In this document: positions 1 to 10,406 of the stretch, in pieces
Layout: each line of letters starts with the position of its first letter
Numbering within the stretch: the first letter of the stretch is position 1
DNA from: a virus
IMG/VR virus record: IMGVR_UViG_3300031841_005609
Span: 42,203-106,202 of that record
DNA length: 64,000 nucleotides
Strand: one strand, 5' to 3'
The notes under the pieces: generated by a model
Seen by the model: only the letters and a program-made list of their open reading frames with translations
Told to the model about the DNA's origin: nothing
Databases searched by the model: none
Position numbers and translations under genes: made by a program

Positions 1-2
1 CT

Positions 3-1151
3 TTAAGGAACTCTGTTTATCAGGGGTGGATTGATGACTTTGACCCTTTTCCAGTCCCAAAGATCGATAGCCCTCTCTTAAGAGATGTCACCTTAGTACC
101 GGCAGGAGTTCCATCTCAAGAAGATTCAGTAAAGACAGACTATGATCTTTCTTTTGTCGGGTACATCATAGAGAGATATTCGGGATCATCAACTATTCTT
201 GACAATGAGCCCGATGCAATTTATAAAATAGACACACCGTCTGCCGGAGTATTCATAGATACAGAAGTCTTATACGGTATACCTTACACATACACCCTAA
301 GATACATTTTCAAGATCAGCTATGGAATACCTGACCAATTTTTGCCTGACAAGTCTACTAGGTATACTAATTTCTTAACAAGCGAATTAAGCGACCCTGC
401 TTCGACAAGCATTATCGACAGAGAACCGCCAGATGAACCTGAAGCTGTCTTTTATAGATTTAATTTTATGAATAAAAAAGGTCTCTTCATAACCTGGCAA
501 TTGCCGACAACACCGCAAAGAGACGTTAAATATTTTCAAATCTTTCGAAGATCCAGCATGGATGAACCTTTTACATGTATCGGCGAGATAGATTTTGATA
601 ACTCTTTCGTAAAGACTGCTCGAACAGAAAAAGTTAGAGAGGACAGAGTTATAAAGAAAAAAGGCTCGTTTTCTTTTTTTGAAGACCCGGACTTTAAGAA
701 TGACAGTTCTTTTATATACGCAGTCGCTGCAGTAGATGCTCATGGTTTTACGTCAGGTTATAGCGCACAAACTCGAGTTTCTTTTATAAAGCATTCAAAT
801 TCTTTGTCTTTGACTCCCATTTCCATAGGCGGAGCTCCAAAGCAGTATCCTAATTTTTACATGGATCCGGATGAAGATCCGAACACTTTTGTCAACACAA
901 TAACCCAGGATACCATAAAAACTAGCGGATTTAAAAAACTTACTATTTATTTCGATCCAGATGCACGATACATAAAGCAATCTGAGATTGAGGGAGTCAA
1001 GCACGTTTTTCCTTGTGAGAACGGAGGTTCTAACTTTTCTCCTAACTCTCCCGAAGGTGTCTTCAAAATGACTTTTCTAGATATAGATAGACAGAAGTCA
1101 AAAACTTTGGAGCTAGGAATCACAGAGGCACCAGAGGAAATCTTTAGTTAG
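3..1151 (+). CDS. 5'-truncated virion structural protein with fibronectin-III-like repeats
   Basis: The frame is open from nt 3 (LRNSVYQGW...), so the ORF extends upstream of the tracked TTG at 342. Two FN3-like patterns are present (VGYIIERY..FIDTEVLYGIPYTY; ITWQLP..KYFQIFR..FEDPDF..FIYAVAAVD). Confidence 0.6.
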   Translation, partial: LRNSVYQGWIDDFDPFPVPKIDSPLLRDVTLVPAGVPSQEDSVKTDYDLSFVGYIIERYSGSSTILDNEPDAIYKIDTPSAGVFIDTEVLYGIPYTYTLRYIFKISYGIPDQFLPDKSTRYTNFLTSELSDPASTSIIDREPPDEPEAVFYRFNFMNKKGLFITWQLPTTPQRDVKYFQIFRRSSMDEPFTCIGEIDFDNSFVKTARTEKVREDRVIKKKGSFSFFEDPDFKNDSSFIYAVAAVDAHGFTSGYSAQTRVSFIKHSNSLSLTPISIGGAPKQYPNFYMDPDEDPNTFVNTITQDTIKTSGFKKLTIYFDPDARYIKQSEIEGVKHVFPCENGGSNFSPNSPEGVFKMTFLDIDRQKSKTLELGITEAPEEIFS

Positions 1152-1177
1152 TAGTTTACCGATACTAGAGAAGCAAT

Positions 1178-1185
1178 ATATTTAT
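1178..1185 (+). promoter_or_regulatory. Putative late promoter ATATTTAT
   Basis: Intergenic motif that recurs upstream of many structural genes (see findings). Confidence 0.55.
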
Positions 1186-1233
1186 CAGAGAGATTCGTTT
1201 TGAAAAACAGTTTTCAAAAATCAGGAGACATCA

Positions 1234-1935
1234 ATGGGATTTTTAGATCATTCCACTAACAACATTATAATAGACGCAGTTTTAACAGATAAGGGCAGAC
1301 AGCGTCTTGCTGAAAATAACGGACAATTTAGCATTCAGTTCTTCTCTCTTGCCGATGATGAAGTTGACTACGGAATCATAAAGAAGTTTGGAAGAATAGT
1401 CGGCAAAGAAAAGATCGTAAAAAACACTCCGATCTTCGAAGCGCAGACAAAACAAAATTCAGCGCTTAAGTACAGGATGCTCACTCTTCCTGACCCTACT
1501 ATCTTTAAGATGCCTTCTATGTCTCTGGTTACTGTCAACACCTCAAACGTAGTTTCTTTTTCTGGGACAGTAGTAGGTGGAAATTTAGCGACTCAAAACA
1601 TTGTAATAAAACAGGCTATCGGGAACGAACAGGATCTTCCTCCGAATCTAAACGATTCTTCTTACACTGTCTATGTCAACGACAGGTTTGTGTCCGTTTC
1701 GGGTAACCCTCTAGGATCTCCGGATCCGATGACGAAAATAAGAGCTTATACAGTCTTCTCTGAAGACACAGGCACTGTAAGCTTTGATATAGAACCAGTA
1801 CCAACAAATCAACTTACTTCTACTGTTTTTGCCACATATGGAGTTTCAGGAACAATAACAACACCGGTTTCTGTAGTAGGTGATCAAACAGGTCTTAGGC
1901 TTGATTTTAAAGTTGCAATAAGCCAAGGAAGCTGA
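1234..1935 (+). CDS. Baseplate/tail-tip structural protein (N-terminus resembles tail-collar/fibre DUF3751-like start)
   Basis: SD AGGAG. DAVLTDKGRQRLA motif, beta-rich Ser/Thr/Val C-terminus, structural context. Confidence 0.5.
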   Translation: MGFLDHSTNNIIIDAVLTDKGRQRLAENNGQFSIQFFSLADDEVDYGIIKKFGRIVGKEKIVKNTPIFEAQTKQNSALKYRMLTLPDPTIFKMPSMSLVTVNTSNVVSFSGTVVGGNLATQNIVIKQAIGNEQDLPPNLNDSSYTVYVNDRFVSVSGNPLGSPDPMTKIRAYTVFSEDTGTVSFDIEPVPTNQLTSTVFATYGVSGTITTPVSVVGDQTGLRLDFKVAISQGS

Positions 1936-1968
1936 TTTTTCTAAAGTCGAATTAGGAGCAAAAAAAAG

Positions 1969-3201
1969 ATGGCAATAGCAGGCGGCAGTTTTAAGAAGAT
2001 ATCGCCCAACGATATTAAAACCAGACAAACAACCTTGAATCAACTGGTTGATGTAATACAAGAAGATGTCTCAGGATCCAATACTCGACGAAAATACCAA
2101 GTCTTTGTTACTGGCGGCGTCGGCCCTGGAGTGACCAGCTCTCTTTATCAGACAGTTTACGACCAGAACTTTACTCTTCAGACAGCAAACCCAATATTTG
2201 ACATGACTGTGGGAATCAATGAAAACTCTTCTACAGTCACAGGAAATGCATCAGAGGATGGTTCAACGAAAAAGACTTTTCCTTCTTCTTCACTCATGAT
2301 GAGAGAAAAGATCGATATCTATCGACAGCACGCAGCATGGCTTCTTGGCAATGCAGATTCTCAGTTTAAAGCTCCGTTTGGAAATTCTGATGCTTCGACT
2401 ATAAATCACGCTCTCTTTCTCGACATAAAAAGGCTTTTCTCTAGAGATGGATTGAAGCAAAACACGTTTGCAGCAAAAATGTATAGATCTGCGTCACTGG
2501 TTCTTTCGGGAGGCATGCCTCCTAACCTATGGACCACTTCTGAGCTAGGATCTACGATCTTTACAGATAATCCTGCCGTTACAACAGACTACCAAGGTTC
2601 GAAAGTAGGAGACATCAAGAATTCAGCAAATGCTAGTGAAGAAGCAGTTGGATTGATCTTCTACGACAAGGGTGCGGTTGTCCTAGACATGGACAAGGTT
2701 TTCTCAGGATCTCAAAGAATGTCCGGCACTATGAAGGCCATGTCAAACGTATCATCTGTGAACGGAGACACAGTCTCTGCTGGATATACCATCCTAGGAG
2801 CTAAAGGCACTGCATCTCCTGCTGCGAAATTTATACCTGACTTTTTGGTTTCTGGATCCGTCGATCAGATAATTGATCACATTGCTTCTACCCGATTCTC
2901 TTCGGGAAGTTTGACTTCCATGACATTCCAAAACAAAACTAGTATTAACTCAACATTGATCTTCTGTAGAGCAACAGCCGACGAGTTTAACTACTCTTCG
3001 AACCCCACATTTACAGACGAGAACGGAAACATCGTCGTAATAGACGAGGCTCAAAATGAAATTCAGAGATCCTTTACTTTTCCAACAACTGTAGGTCTTC
3101 ACGATCAGTTTGGCGACACCCTCGCAGTTGCAAAATTCTCTAGACCAATAGAGAAGAATGACGAAAAAGACATAACTTTTAGAATTAGACTTGACTTCTA
3201 G
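1969..3201 (+). CDS. Virion structural protein (baseplate/tail fibre attachment type)
   Basis: SD AGGAG. C-terminal NYSSNPTF...TTVGLHD...LAVAKFSRPIEK..FRIRLDF module shared with the next gene. Confidence 0.55.
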   Translation: MAIAGGSFKKISPNDIKTRQTTLNQLVDVIQEDVSGSNTRRKYQVFVTGGVGPGVTSSLYQTVYDQNFTLQTANPIFDMTVGINENSSTVTGNASEDGSTKKTFPSSSLMMREKIDIYRQHAAWLLGNADSQFKAPFGNSDASTINHALFLDIKRLFSRDGLKQNTFAAKMYRSASLVLSGGMPPNLWTTSELGSTIFTDNPAVTTDYQGSKVGDIKNSANASEEAVGLIFYDKGAVVLDMDKVFSGSQRMSGTMKAMSNVSSVNGDTVSAGYTILGAKGTASPAAKFIPDFLVSGSVDQIIDHIASTRFSSGSLTSMTFQNKTSINSTLIFCRATADEFNYSSNPTFTDENGNIVVIDEAQNEIQRSFTFPTTVGLHDQFGDTLAVAKFSRPIEKNDEKDITFRIRLDF

Positions 3202-3254
3202 AAGTTTAACAAGAGACCTCTTCTCTATGCGAATCGCTTCTAGGAAAAAAGGCT

Positions 3255-5753
3255 ATGTCGATCATAAAATTTTCACGTGACAACTTCGAAAATTATGAAC
3301 TAGTCGCTCGACCTGAAAAAGTATTTAGATCATCTTCTGACGGAGGCCTAGAAGGAGATATTCTTCTCATGAAGGATGCTTCTCCGAGCCTGAAAGATAT
3401 TTCTAGAAAAGAAGTCGTAACAAGCTCCATAAAAAAGGGGAAGACCTGGAAAGGTCTAAATCAGTATGATGATTCTGTCTCCGATAGTTTCGTAGACCTT
3501 TTTTCTGCAGGAGGTCCTGCATCAGAAGAAGCCCTTAGACTTGTAAATCAGACAAAAACAGGTCTCAGATACAGAAAGCGTCAGGAGATTTTCAGGACTA
3601 TTCCAGGGACTCAGTTTAACAAAACTTATCTTAAGAAAAGAGTTGTCAAGAATAACTTAATGCCTTACTATAGAGCGTTCTACGAATCTATGGAGTGGGC
3701 TTATACAAACTATCATTGCTTAAACTTTTTTGAAAACACTAACGTTCCTTCTGAGTCTGCTTTGATCTATCCTGCTTTGACAGAATCGTCAGGAGAAAGT
3801 TCATACGCTCCTTCCTCCAGTTTTACGATAGAGTTTTACGTAAAACCGAGAGAAAACAGTGATGCTATAAGGGCAGGCTCAGAAGTTTCTCCTGGAACGA
3901 TACTTCACATGTCATCTTGCTATGCGGTCAGTCTTGTTACAGGTTCTTCTACTGGTCCGGACGGAAAGCCTGATGGGTATAGAGTATTACTTCAACTAAG
4001 TGAAAGCGCGGACATAAACCCATCTAATTGCATAGTCTCAAGTAATCAAGTGTCTGCGGGGAACACGAGCTGTGACAAGAGCTTCATATTCGCCTCATCA
4101 GACAACTCTCTTTCTAGAGATGTTTGGAGTCATGTTGCAATAAGGTGGCCCGGGTCGTCTAACAACATGGGATCGGGTTCTTTTGTAATTAACGGAAAGA
4201 AAGATTCTGATTTTGTAATAACATCTTCTATTGTCATGCAGACAACCACATCTATTGGCTCTAACCTAGGTAATCCTGATGCTGTTTTTATCGGAAACTA
4301 TTTTAGCGGAGAAAATTCAGGAAACTCTACAATCGCTAGGTTCTTTAACAATACTGCAGGAAGAGACGAAGGTGTTTCTCCGATCCTCAGTGGAGCACTA
4401 GGCGATATCGCAGATCCCGTTGGTTTCAAGTTCACTTCTCCTCTAAGGGCTGAGCTTCACGAAATAAAGATATTTGATAAATTTAGAAGCTTGCCCAATA
4501 TCAACAAAGATATGAAAACCGGCGTGAGCAAGATCGGATCAAGTCTTAAGTTTTATGTACCACCTTTCTTTATAAAGGAATCTAGAAGGAGAAACATTCT
4601 TCAGACTCCGTTTTTCACAGAGGTCGGTAAGACTGATGATCCTTTTAACATTCCTCTTTCTTTTGGACTTGGGTCTTTAGACATAAACGTCGAAAATTTC
4701 GTGAGAGAGATGGTTAAAAAAGAGTACCCAAGGCTCTGGAATTTAACAGCATCTGCTGACAACTCAGTAGCTTACGAAGAGGGGAAGACTTCAAACGATG
4801 TAATCTATGGTCGACAGGGTTCTGCTAGAAAAAGGTTGAGAACAGTAATGCCCTGTGATAACGGAATGTTCTATCCTGACTTTTCTTTTTTAAAGACTGG
4901 ATCGAACAGCTCGAGCAAGTTCACAGACAGCTATGGTTCTACTAGACTTGACCTAATAAGTCTGGAATCTATGGTGACTCCTAGCACTCTGTTAAAGGAT
5001 CTTGCCATCTTGGACGACTCTATATCTAGGACTCCCGGAGGAGATGGTTCTTTAGTGGGGGGACCTGCCTGGGGACAGATATCTGACGAAGGTTCCTCTC
5101 CTTTCGGCCCGAAATACTTTTTAAATGATCTTGTCGGAGCAAACCCACAGGACCCATCACTAGCCCCGGGAGCAATTCTTTCAGTCCTGCAAAGAACTGG
5201 AGACCCAAGCTCGAGTGAAGTTGTGATGTTTGATATATCCAATATGTTTTACGGAGATTCGATCACACCAGGCTCTCTTTTGATAGAAGATTTAGCACCA
5301 ACGGGATCTGAGGGAAGCTTTACTTTAAAGGTAAGAGATAACTCATATGGTAATCTATACAGGGCTGATGTGAAGAATCCCGAGAAGGCAGCAAGGTGGG
5401 CGTCTGTCGGTAACGTTTTTTACGAAGAAGGAATCGTGCTAATCAAGTCTCCTCATCTAGCTTTTTTCGGAAAAGAAGACTTTAGAATAACTTTCAAGGG
5501 AGAGAAAACTGTTTACGTTCTCGAGATAATTGTACCAGTCGAAGCTTCAAAGCATAATTCCTCATCAAACCCCACATACAAAGATCTGTCTCCCACAGAC
5601 TATTCTAACGAGACCTCCAGAAAATTTACGTACATATCGTCTATTAACTTACATGATGACAATCTTAATGTTATAGGGAAAGCAAATTTAAGTCAGCCTT
5701 TCTTGAAAAGAAACGAAGACAAAGTCGTCATAAAGTTAAGGATGGATTTTTGA
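3255..5753 (+). CDS. LamG/concanavalin-like domain virion protein
   Basis: LamG-type strands (SFTIEFYVKP, WSHVAIRW, VFIGNY, LHEIKIFD) plus the same C-terminal module (SSSNPTY...ISSINLHD...KANLSQP..IKLRMDF). Confidence 0.6.
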   Translation: MSIIKFSRDNFENYELVARPEKVFRSSSDGGLEGDILLMKDASPSLKDISRKEVVTSSIKKGKTWKGLNQYDDSVSDSFVDLFSAGGPASEEALRLVNQTKTGLRYRKRQEIFRTIPGTQFNKTYLKKRVVKNNLMPYYRAFYESMEWAYTNYHCLNFFENTNVPSESALIYPALTESSGESSYAPSSSFTIEFYVKPRENSDAIRAGSEVSPGTILHMSSCYAVSLVTGSSTGPDGKPDGYRVLLQLSESADINPSNCIVSSNQVSAGNTSCDKSFIFASSDNSLSRDVWSHVAIRWPGSSNNMGSGSFVINGKKDSDFVITSSIVMQTTTSIGSNLGNPDAVFIGNYFSGENSGNSTIARFFNNTAGRDEGVSPILSGALGDIADPVGFKFTSPLRAELHEIKIFDKFRSLPNINKDMKTGVSKIGSSLKFYVPPFFIKESRRRNILQTPFFTEVGKTDDPFNIPLSFGLGSLDINVENFVREMVKKEYPRLWNLTASADNSVAYEEGKTSNDVIYGRQGSARKRLRTVMPCDNGMFYPDFSFLKTGSNSSSKFTDSYGSTRLDLISLESMVTPSTLLKDLAILDDSISRTPGGDGSLVGGPAWGQISDEGSSPFGPKYFLNDLVGANPQDPSLAPGAILSVLQRTGDPSSSEVVMFDISNMFYGDSITPGSLLIEDLAPTGSEGSFTLKVRDNSYGNLYRADVKNPEKAARWASVGNVFYEEGIVLIKSPHLAFFGKEDFRITFKGEKTVYVLEIIVPVEASKHNSSSNPTYKDLSPTDYSNETSRKFTYISSINLHDDNLNVIGKANLSQPFLKRNEDKVVIKLRMDF

Positions 5754-6301
5754 TAATACTTGGACTAGATATATCAACATCAGTGACAGCCTACACAGTC
5801 TTAGACTCAGAAAGACCTCCAGGGCAAAGGCTTGTCCTTTCTGAAGGAATACACCTTTCTAAAATAAAAGATTCTTACGCCAAGTCCTGCAAGGTCAGGG
5901 ATGAGTTTAGAAAGCTATCTGAGAAGTGGAAAGTTGACAAGATAATCGTAGAAGAGTCTTTACAGTCTTTTAGATCTGGTCTTTCTTCTGCGAAAACCCT
6001 TTCTGCCTTGACTAGATTTAATGGAATTGTAAGTTTTTTCGCTCAAGATATCTTTGAAGCCCCGTGTGAAAGAATAAACGTAAATTCAGCTCGCTCTAGA
6101 CTCGGAATTAAGATAGACCGAAAGTCTTCTGTCTCTAGTAAGGAACAGGTTAGAGACTGGGTCATGAACCACGAAGACTTTAAGAACTTTCCGTGGCCTA
6201 CAAAGACTTTGAAATCGGGACCAAGAAAAGGCCTTACAATATACGATGTTTCTTGTCAAGATATTGCAGATAGTGCCGTGATGGCTCTTTGTAGCACTTA
6301 A
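5750..6301 (+). CDS. RuvC-like Holliday junction resolvase
   Basis: ILGLDISTS (catalytic D), IIVEE, and C-terminal DIADS: the RNase H-fold RuvC acidic tetrad. Confidence 0.85.
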   Translation: MIILGLDISTSVTAYTVLDSERPPGQRLVLSEGIHLSKIKDSYAKSCKVRDEFRKLSEKWKVDKIIVEESLQSFRSGLSSAKTLSALTRFNGIVSFFAQDIFEAPCERINVNSARSRLGIKIDRKSSVSSKEQVRDWVMNHEDFKNFPWPTKTLKSGPRKGLTIYDVSCQDIADSAVMALCST

Positions 6302-6330
6302 TTGAACACTTCGCTCCTTAATCATATTAT
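6302..6330 (+). promoter_or_regulatory. Sigma70-like promoter TTGAAC-17-TATTAT
   Basis: Hexamers at 6302-6307 and 6325-6330; the ATG at 6337 suggests a leaderless mRNA. Confidence 0.5.
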
Positions 6331-6336
6331 TCATTG

Positions 6337-7275
6337 ATGATTAGGGAAAAAGCAAAAAACACTTTGGTGCGAGCTTTCGGATCCGGATTCTTATCAAGAG
6401 ACGGAGTCAATTTTGCTGTCTCTTGTCCCGAGTGCGATTCCACTAGATCAAAGAAAAAGTTCTCTGTAAGGCTTGATGACTACAGATATCATTGTTGGGT
6501 CTGTGGAATCAAAGGCAAGAACGTTTGGCTTTACCTAAGAAAGAAACTCGGCTTTAGAGACATTGATGAAAGTCTGCTCAAGCCAATAAAAGATACTTCT
6601 GAAGAAGAAGTTAGCGAGTCTATCTACTTGCCTAAAGACTTTGTTCCTCTGTTTAGAAAGACTCGAGACCCTGACGTAAAAGCCGTTCTAAACTATATCA
6701 AAAAACGCGGCTACACTTCAGCTGACATATACAGGTGGAGAATAATGACCACAACCACAGGTAGGTTTAGAAGAAGGGCAATCATTCCTTCTTTCGACGA
6801 TCAAGGTGAGGTAAACTACTATGTTGGTAGATCCATCGATGACGGAAGTTTTAAGTATCTTAACGCTAAAGTACCTAAGCGGGAAATCGTATTTAATGAA
6901 ATAGATATTGACTGGTCTAAGCCAGTTGTGCTAGTAGAGGGCGTTTTTGACGCAATGAAGTGTCCGGACAACACAATACCAGTCCTGGGCTCTTCGCTGT
7001 CAGTTAAGTCTAGGCTTTTTAGAAAGCTCATGAAGCATCAGTCTGATGTAATTGTTTCTTTCGATCCGGATCTGAAGGAAAAAGCCCTTGTTTTGGCAAA
7101 CAACCTGTACGAAGCCGGATGCAAAGTAAGGGTTTGCTTTGCCCCTGAGGGTCACGACTTAGGATCTCAGACTAAGTCTCAAAACAAAGCGCTCTTGAGA
7201 TCATCTAAGATTTACACTCCTTATTCTAAGCTCGAGCATAGAATCAACCTAATAAGAAGCGGAACTATTATATGA
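6337..7275 (+). CDS. DNA primase (Zn finger + TOPRIM), gp61/DnaG-like
   Basis: CPEC..HCWVC zinc finger, RAIIP..YYVGRSI, KYLN, LVEGVFDA and FDPD TOPRIM motifs. Confidence 0.9.
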   Translation: MIREKAKNTLVRAFGSGFLSRDGVNFAVSCPECDSTRSKKKFSVRLDDYRYHCWVCGIKGKNVWLYLRKKLGFRDIDESLLKPIKDTSEEEVSESIYLPKDFVPLFRKTRDPDVKAVLNYIKKRGYTSADIYRWRIMTTTTGRFRRRAIIPSFDDQGEVNYYVGRSIDDGSFKYLNAKVPKREIVFNEIDIDWSKPVVLVEGVFDAMKCPDNTIPVLGSSLSVKSRLFRKLMKHQSDVIVSFDPDLKEKALVLANNLYEAGCKVRVCFAPEGHDLGSQTKSQNKALLRSSKIYTPYSKLEHRINLIRSGTII

Positions 7276-10200
7276 CTTATAAGTTTGCTCATTTTGCTGA
7301 TGTTCACTGGCGAGGTTTAACTCGCCACAAAGAATACAGGCGATCTTTCGAAGACGCTTTTGACAAAATGAGAAGAGAAAATCTCGACGGAATATTCATC
7401 GTAGGTGACATCGTCCATTCAAAAACCCAGGGAATCTCTCCTGAACTCATAGATAACCTTTGCTGGTGGTTTAATGAAATGGCCTCCATAGCTCCTGTCT
7501 ACGTGACTCTAGGAAATCATGACGGCCTAATCATGAACAAGGATAGAGAAGACGCTATAAGCCCTATAGTGAGAGCCATAAACAATCCGAACATCTTTCT
7601 TTCTAAGCATTCCGAAGTGTTCTTTGTAGGTGATGATATTGCCGTAACGAACTTTAGCTGTTTCGACGAAGAGAACTGGGAAAAATTTAAGCCGAAGAGA
7701 GGTAAGATAAACATAGCTCTTTTTCACGGAGCTGTTACTGGAAGTGAAACTGATATCAACTGGGAGCTAGACGGAGAAGTTGATGAAGGTTTTTTCAAAG
7801 GTTTTGACTTTGCTTTTCTCGGAGACATCCACAAGCATCAGTACCTTGACAAAGAAAAAAGAATATCTTATTGCGGAAGTACAATTCAGCAGAATTTTGG
7901 AGAAGACCCTGGAAAGGGTTTCATGATATGGGAGATAGACTCTAAGAAAAAGTTCTCTTCTAGACATGTTGAAGTCTTGCATGACATGCCTTATGTCACC
8001 ATAGATTGGAAAGGTAATGTAGGAGACACTTTAGACGAGGCAGAAAAGCACCCAGATCGAGCCAGGTTTAGAATTAGAACCAGTGTTCCGATAAGCCAGG
8101 GAGAGATAAAACAAATCTATTCTGCTCTCAAAGAGTTCAAGTCAGCCTCTGAAATCGTAATGAAGCAAGATTTCGCGAGACCAGAATTAGTGCTTGAGGA
8201 AAACACTCTGAGGAAGAAGATGAATCTCAGAGATCCAAGCTCAGTCTCAATGATGGTGAAGGAATACTATACTAAAGCTGGACTAAGTGACAGAGTGAAC
8301 ACGAAGCTGGAAGATCTAGTTCAGAGGTTCTGGAAGCATGTCTCTAAAGTAGAAGCGCCTCAAAGCGGACAGTGGTCGATAAGATCTCTAGAGTTTGATA
8401 ATCTTTTCGGATACGGAAAAGGAAACAAGATAAACTTTGATGAGATAGACGGCATTACCGGAATATTCGGGAAGAATAGGATAGGAAAGTCTTCTATATG
8501 TGGTGCAATCATGTACACTCTGTTCAATACAACAGACAGAGGCTCTATTTCAAATCTTCATGTCATAAACTCTAGAAAAGGTCATTGTAAGTCTTCTGCT
8601 ATCATCTCTAAAAGAGGAAAGTTTTATAAGATCGAGAGACAATCAATAAAGAAAGAGTCCAGGGCTGGAAAACTCTCTGTCTCAACACAGTTAAACTTGC
8701 TTGAAATAGATCAGGATGGAAACGTTATAAAAGATCTTTGTGGTGAACAAAGAAGAGAAACAGAAAAAACTCTTAAGAATCTTGTAGGTAACGCAGAAGA
8801 TTTTCTTCTAACCAGCTTTGCATCTCAAGGTGCTATGAATTCTTTTCTAAGCCAAAAAGCTTCTTCTAGAAAGTCAGTTCTTAGTAATTTTTTAGATCTT
8901 GACGTGTTTGATCAGCTTAATGACGCCGCTAAAGCTGAGTCTTCTGGAATTAAGCAAATGATAAAGAATGCTCCCGATAGAGATTACGATTTGTCGATTG
9001 TCGAGACTAAGAACAAGCTCAATGCTAAGATGGCTGAGAGAGATGGTCTTTATGAAAGCTTAGATCTTCTAAGGGGAAGGATAAGAGATCTAGATCTTAG
9101 TCTTGAAACAAGAGACGACAATAACCTGGTAACTCAACAAGACCTAGATGATCAAACAAAAAGAGTTCGATCCTTGCGAGACAGAAAAAAAGGTCTAGAA
9201 ATCAAAGTAGAAAAGCTTGAAAAAGATCTCGTTGAGATATCTTCGAAGACCGACCGAATCCAGGAGATTAAGTCAACTTTTCCGATAGAAGACTTGAAGG
9301 TAACGCTCGCTGAAGAGAAAAGCCTAGACGAATCATCAGTTCAGATAAAACATAAGCTTGACAAGGAAAAGCAGACACTCAAAATAATAAACAATCAGGT
9401 TGATGTTTTAAATCAAGTTCCCTGTGAAGACAAGTTTCCTGATTGTAAGTTTATAGTTGAGGCTCACAAAGCAAAGAAGAAATTAAAGGGAAAAGAGAAG
9501 ATAATAGAAAGTCTGTCAGAAGATCTAAAGGTCACGAAGGCTCAGTTAAGAAAACTTCAGGCAAAAGAGCTTGACAAAAAGCTTGACAAATACAATGACC
9601 TTATTTCTTCTTTCGGAGAGCTTTCTCTAGAGAAGAATGATATAACATTAAGCCTTTCTTCTGCTAAGAACGATCTTGAAAAGACAAATGATTCTCTTGT
9701 CAGAGAAGTTAAGGTTCTCGACGAAATGAAAGTCAATCTTTCCACTGATGACAAAGCCGAACAGATAAGTGAAATGAGAAGCAAGCTAAGGGATCTTAAG
9801 TCAGCTCAGGTAGACATGGAAGAAAAATATTCTCGTCTTTCTGAGGATGTAGGTTTGCTTCAAGCCAGAGTTTCAAAGCTTTCTGAAGAAAAAGAAGAGT
9901 ACGAAGCTCTCATAGAGAATTGGAGAGTTTACGAGCTTTTCCTTCAAGCCACTTCTAAAAATGGCCTGCCGCTAGAGATAATCAGATCTAGAATTCCTGA
10001 AATCAATCTTGAGATAGCCTCTATTCTGCAGGGAGTTACAGGGTTTACTGTTGAATTAGAATCTTTCGAAGGATCTAACGATATGGACATTTTTATTAAC
10101 TACGGAGACTCTAAGAGAATAATTGAATGTTGCAGCGGGATGGAAAAAATGATGTCCGCTCTTGCTATAAGAGTTGCACTAACGAACGTCTCAGAGCTTT

Positions 10201-10406
10201 CCAAGTCAAACATATTCATGATAGATGAGGGTTTTGGGGCTCTGGATTCTGGCAATGTAGAAGCATGCAGCAGATTTCTTGAGTCTCTAAAGAAGTGGTT
10301 CAGAACTATTATGATAATCTCTCACGTTGATGCCGTTAAAGACGCGGTCGACAACGTCTTGGAAATAGGTAAGGACGGAAAAGATGCGTTTATCAGACAG
10401 GAATGA
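7272..10406 (+). CDS. Fused Mre11/SbcD nuclease - Rad50/SbcC ATPase (gp47-gp46-like)
   Basis: Metallophosphoesterase motifs DVH, GD, GNHD, HG, GDIH. Walker A GKNRIGKS, long coiled coil, signature CSGMEK, Walker B IDEGFG and ISH, all in one ORF. Confidence 0.92.
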   Translation: MTYKFAHFADVHWRGLTRHKEYRRSFEDAFDKMRRENLDGIFIVGDIVHSKTQGISPELIDNLCWWFNEMASIAPVYVTLGNHDGLIMNKDREDAISPIVRAINNPNIFLSKHSEVFFVGDDIAVTNFSCFDEENWEKFKPKRGKINIALFHGAVTGSETDINWELDGEVDEGFFKGFDFAFLGDIHKHQYLDKEKRISYCGSTIQQNFGEDPGKGFMIWEIDSKKKFSSRHVEVLHDMPYVTIDWKGNVGDTLDEAEKHPDRARFRIRTSVPISQGEIKQIYSALKEFKSASEIVMKQDFARPELVLEENTLRKKMNLRDPSSVSMMVKEYYTKAGLSDRVNTKLEDLVQRFWKHVSKVEAPQSGQWSIRSLEFDNLFGYGKGNKINFDEIDGITGIFGKNRIGKSSICGAIMYTLFNTTDRGSISNLHVINSRKGHCKSSAIISKRGKFYKIERQSIKKESRAGKLSVSTQLNLLEIDQDGNVIKDLCGEQRRETEKTLKNLVGNAEDFLLTSFASQGAMNSFLSQKASSRKSVLSNFLDLDVFDQLNDAAKAESSGIKQMIKNAPDRDYDLSIVETKNKLNAKMAERDGLYESLDLLRGRIRDLDLSLETRDDNNLVTQQDLDDQTKRVRSLRDRKKGLEIKVEKLEKDLVEISSKTDRIQEIKSTFPIEDLKVTLAEEKSLDESSVQIKHKLDKEKQTLKIINNQVDVLNQVPCEDKFPDCKFIVEAHKAKKKLKGKEKIIESLSEDLKVTKAQLRKLQAKELDKKLDKYNDLISSFGELSLEKNDITLSLSSAKNDLEKTNDSLVREVKVLDEMKVNLSTDDKAEQISEMRSKLRDLKSAQVDMEEKYSRLSEDVGLLQARVSKLSEEKEEYEALIENWRVYELFLQATSKNGLPLEIIRSRIPEINLEIASILQGVTGFTVELESFEGSNDMDIFINYGDSKRIIECCSGMEKMMSALAIRVALTNVSELSKSNIFMIDEGFGALDSGNVEACSRFLESLKKWFRTIMIISHVDAVKDAVDNVLEIGKDGKDAFIRQE

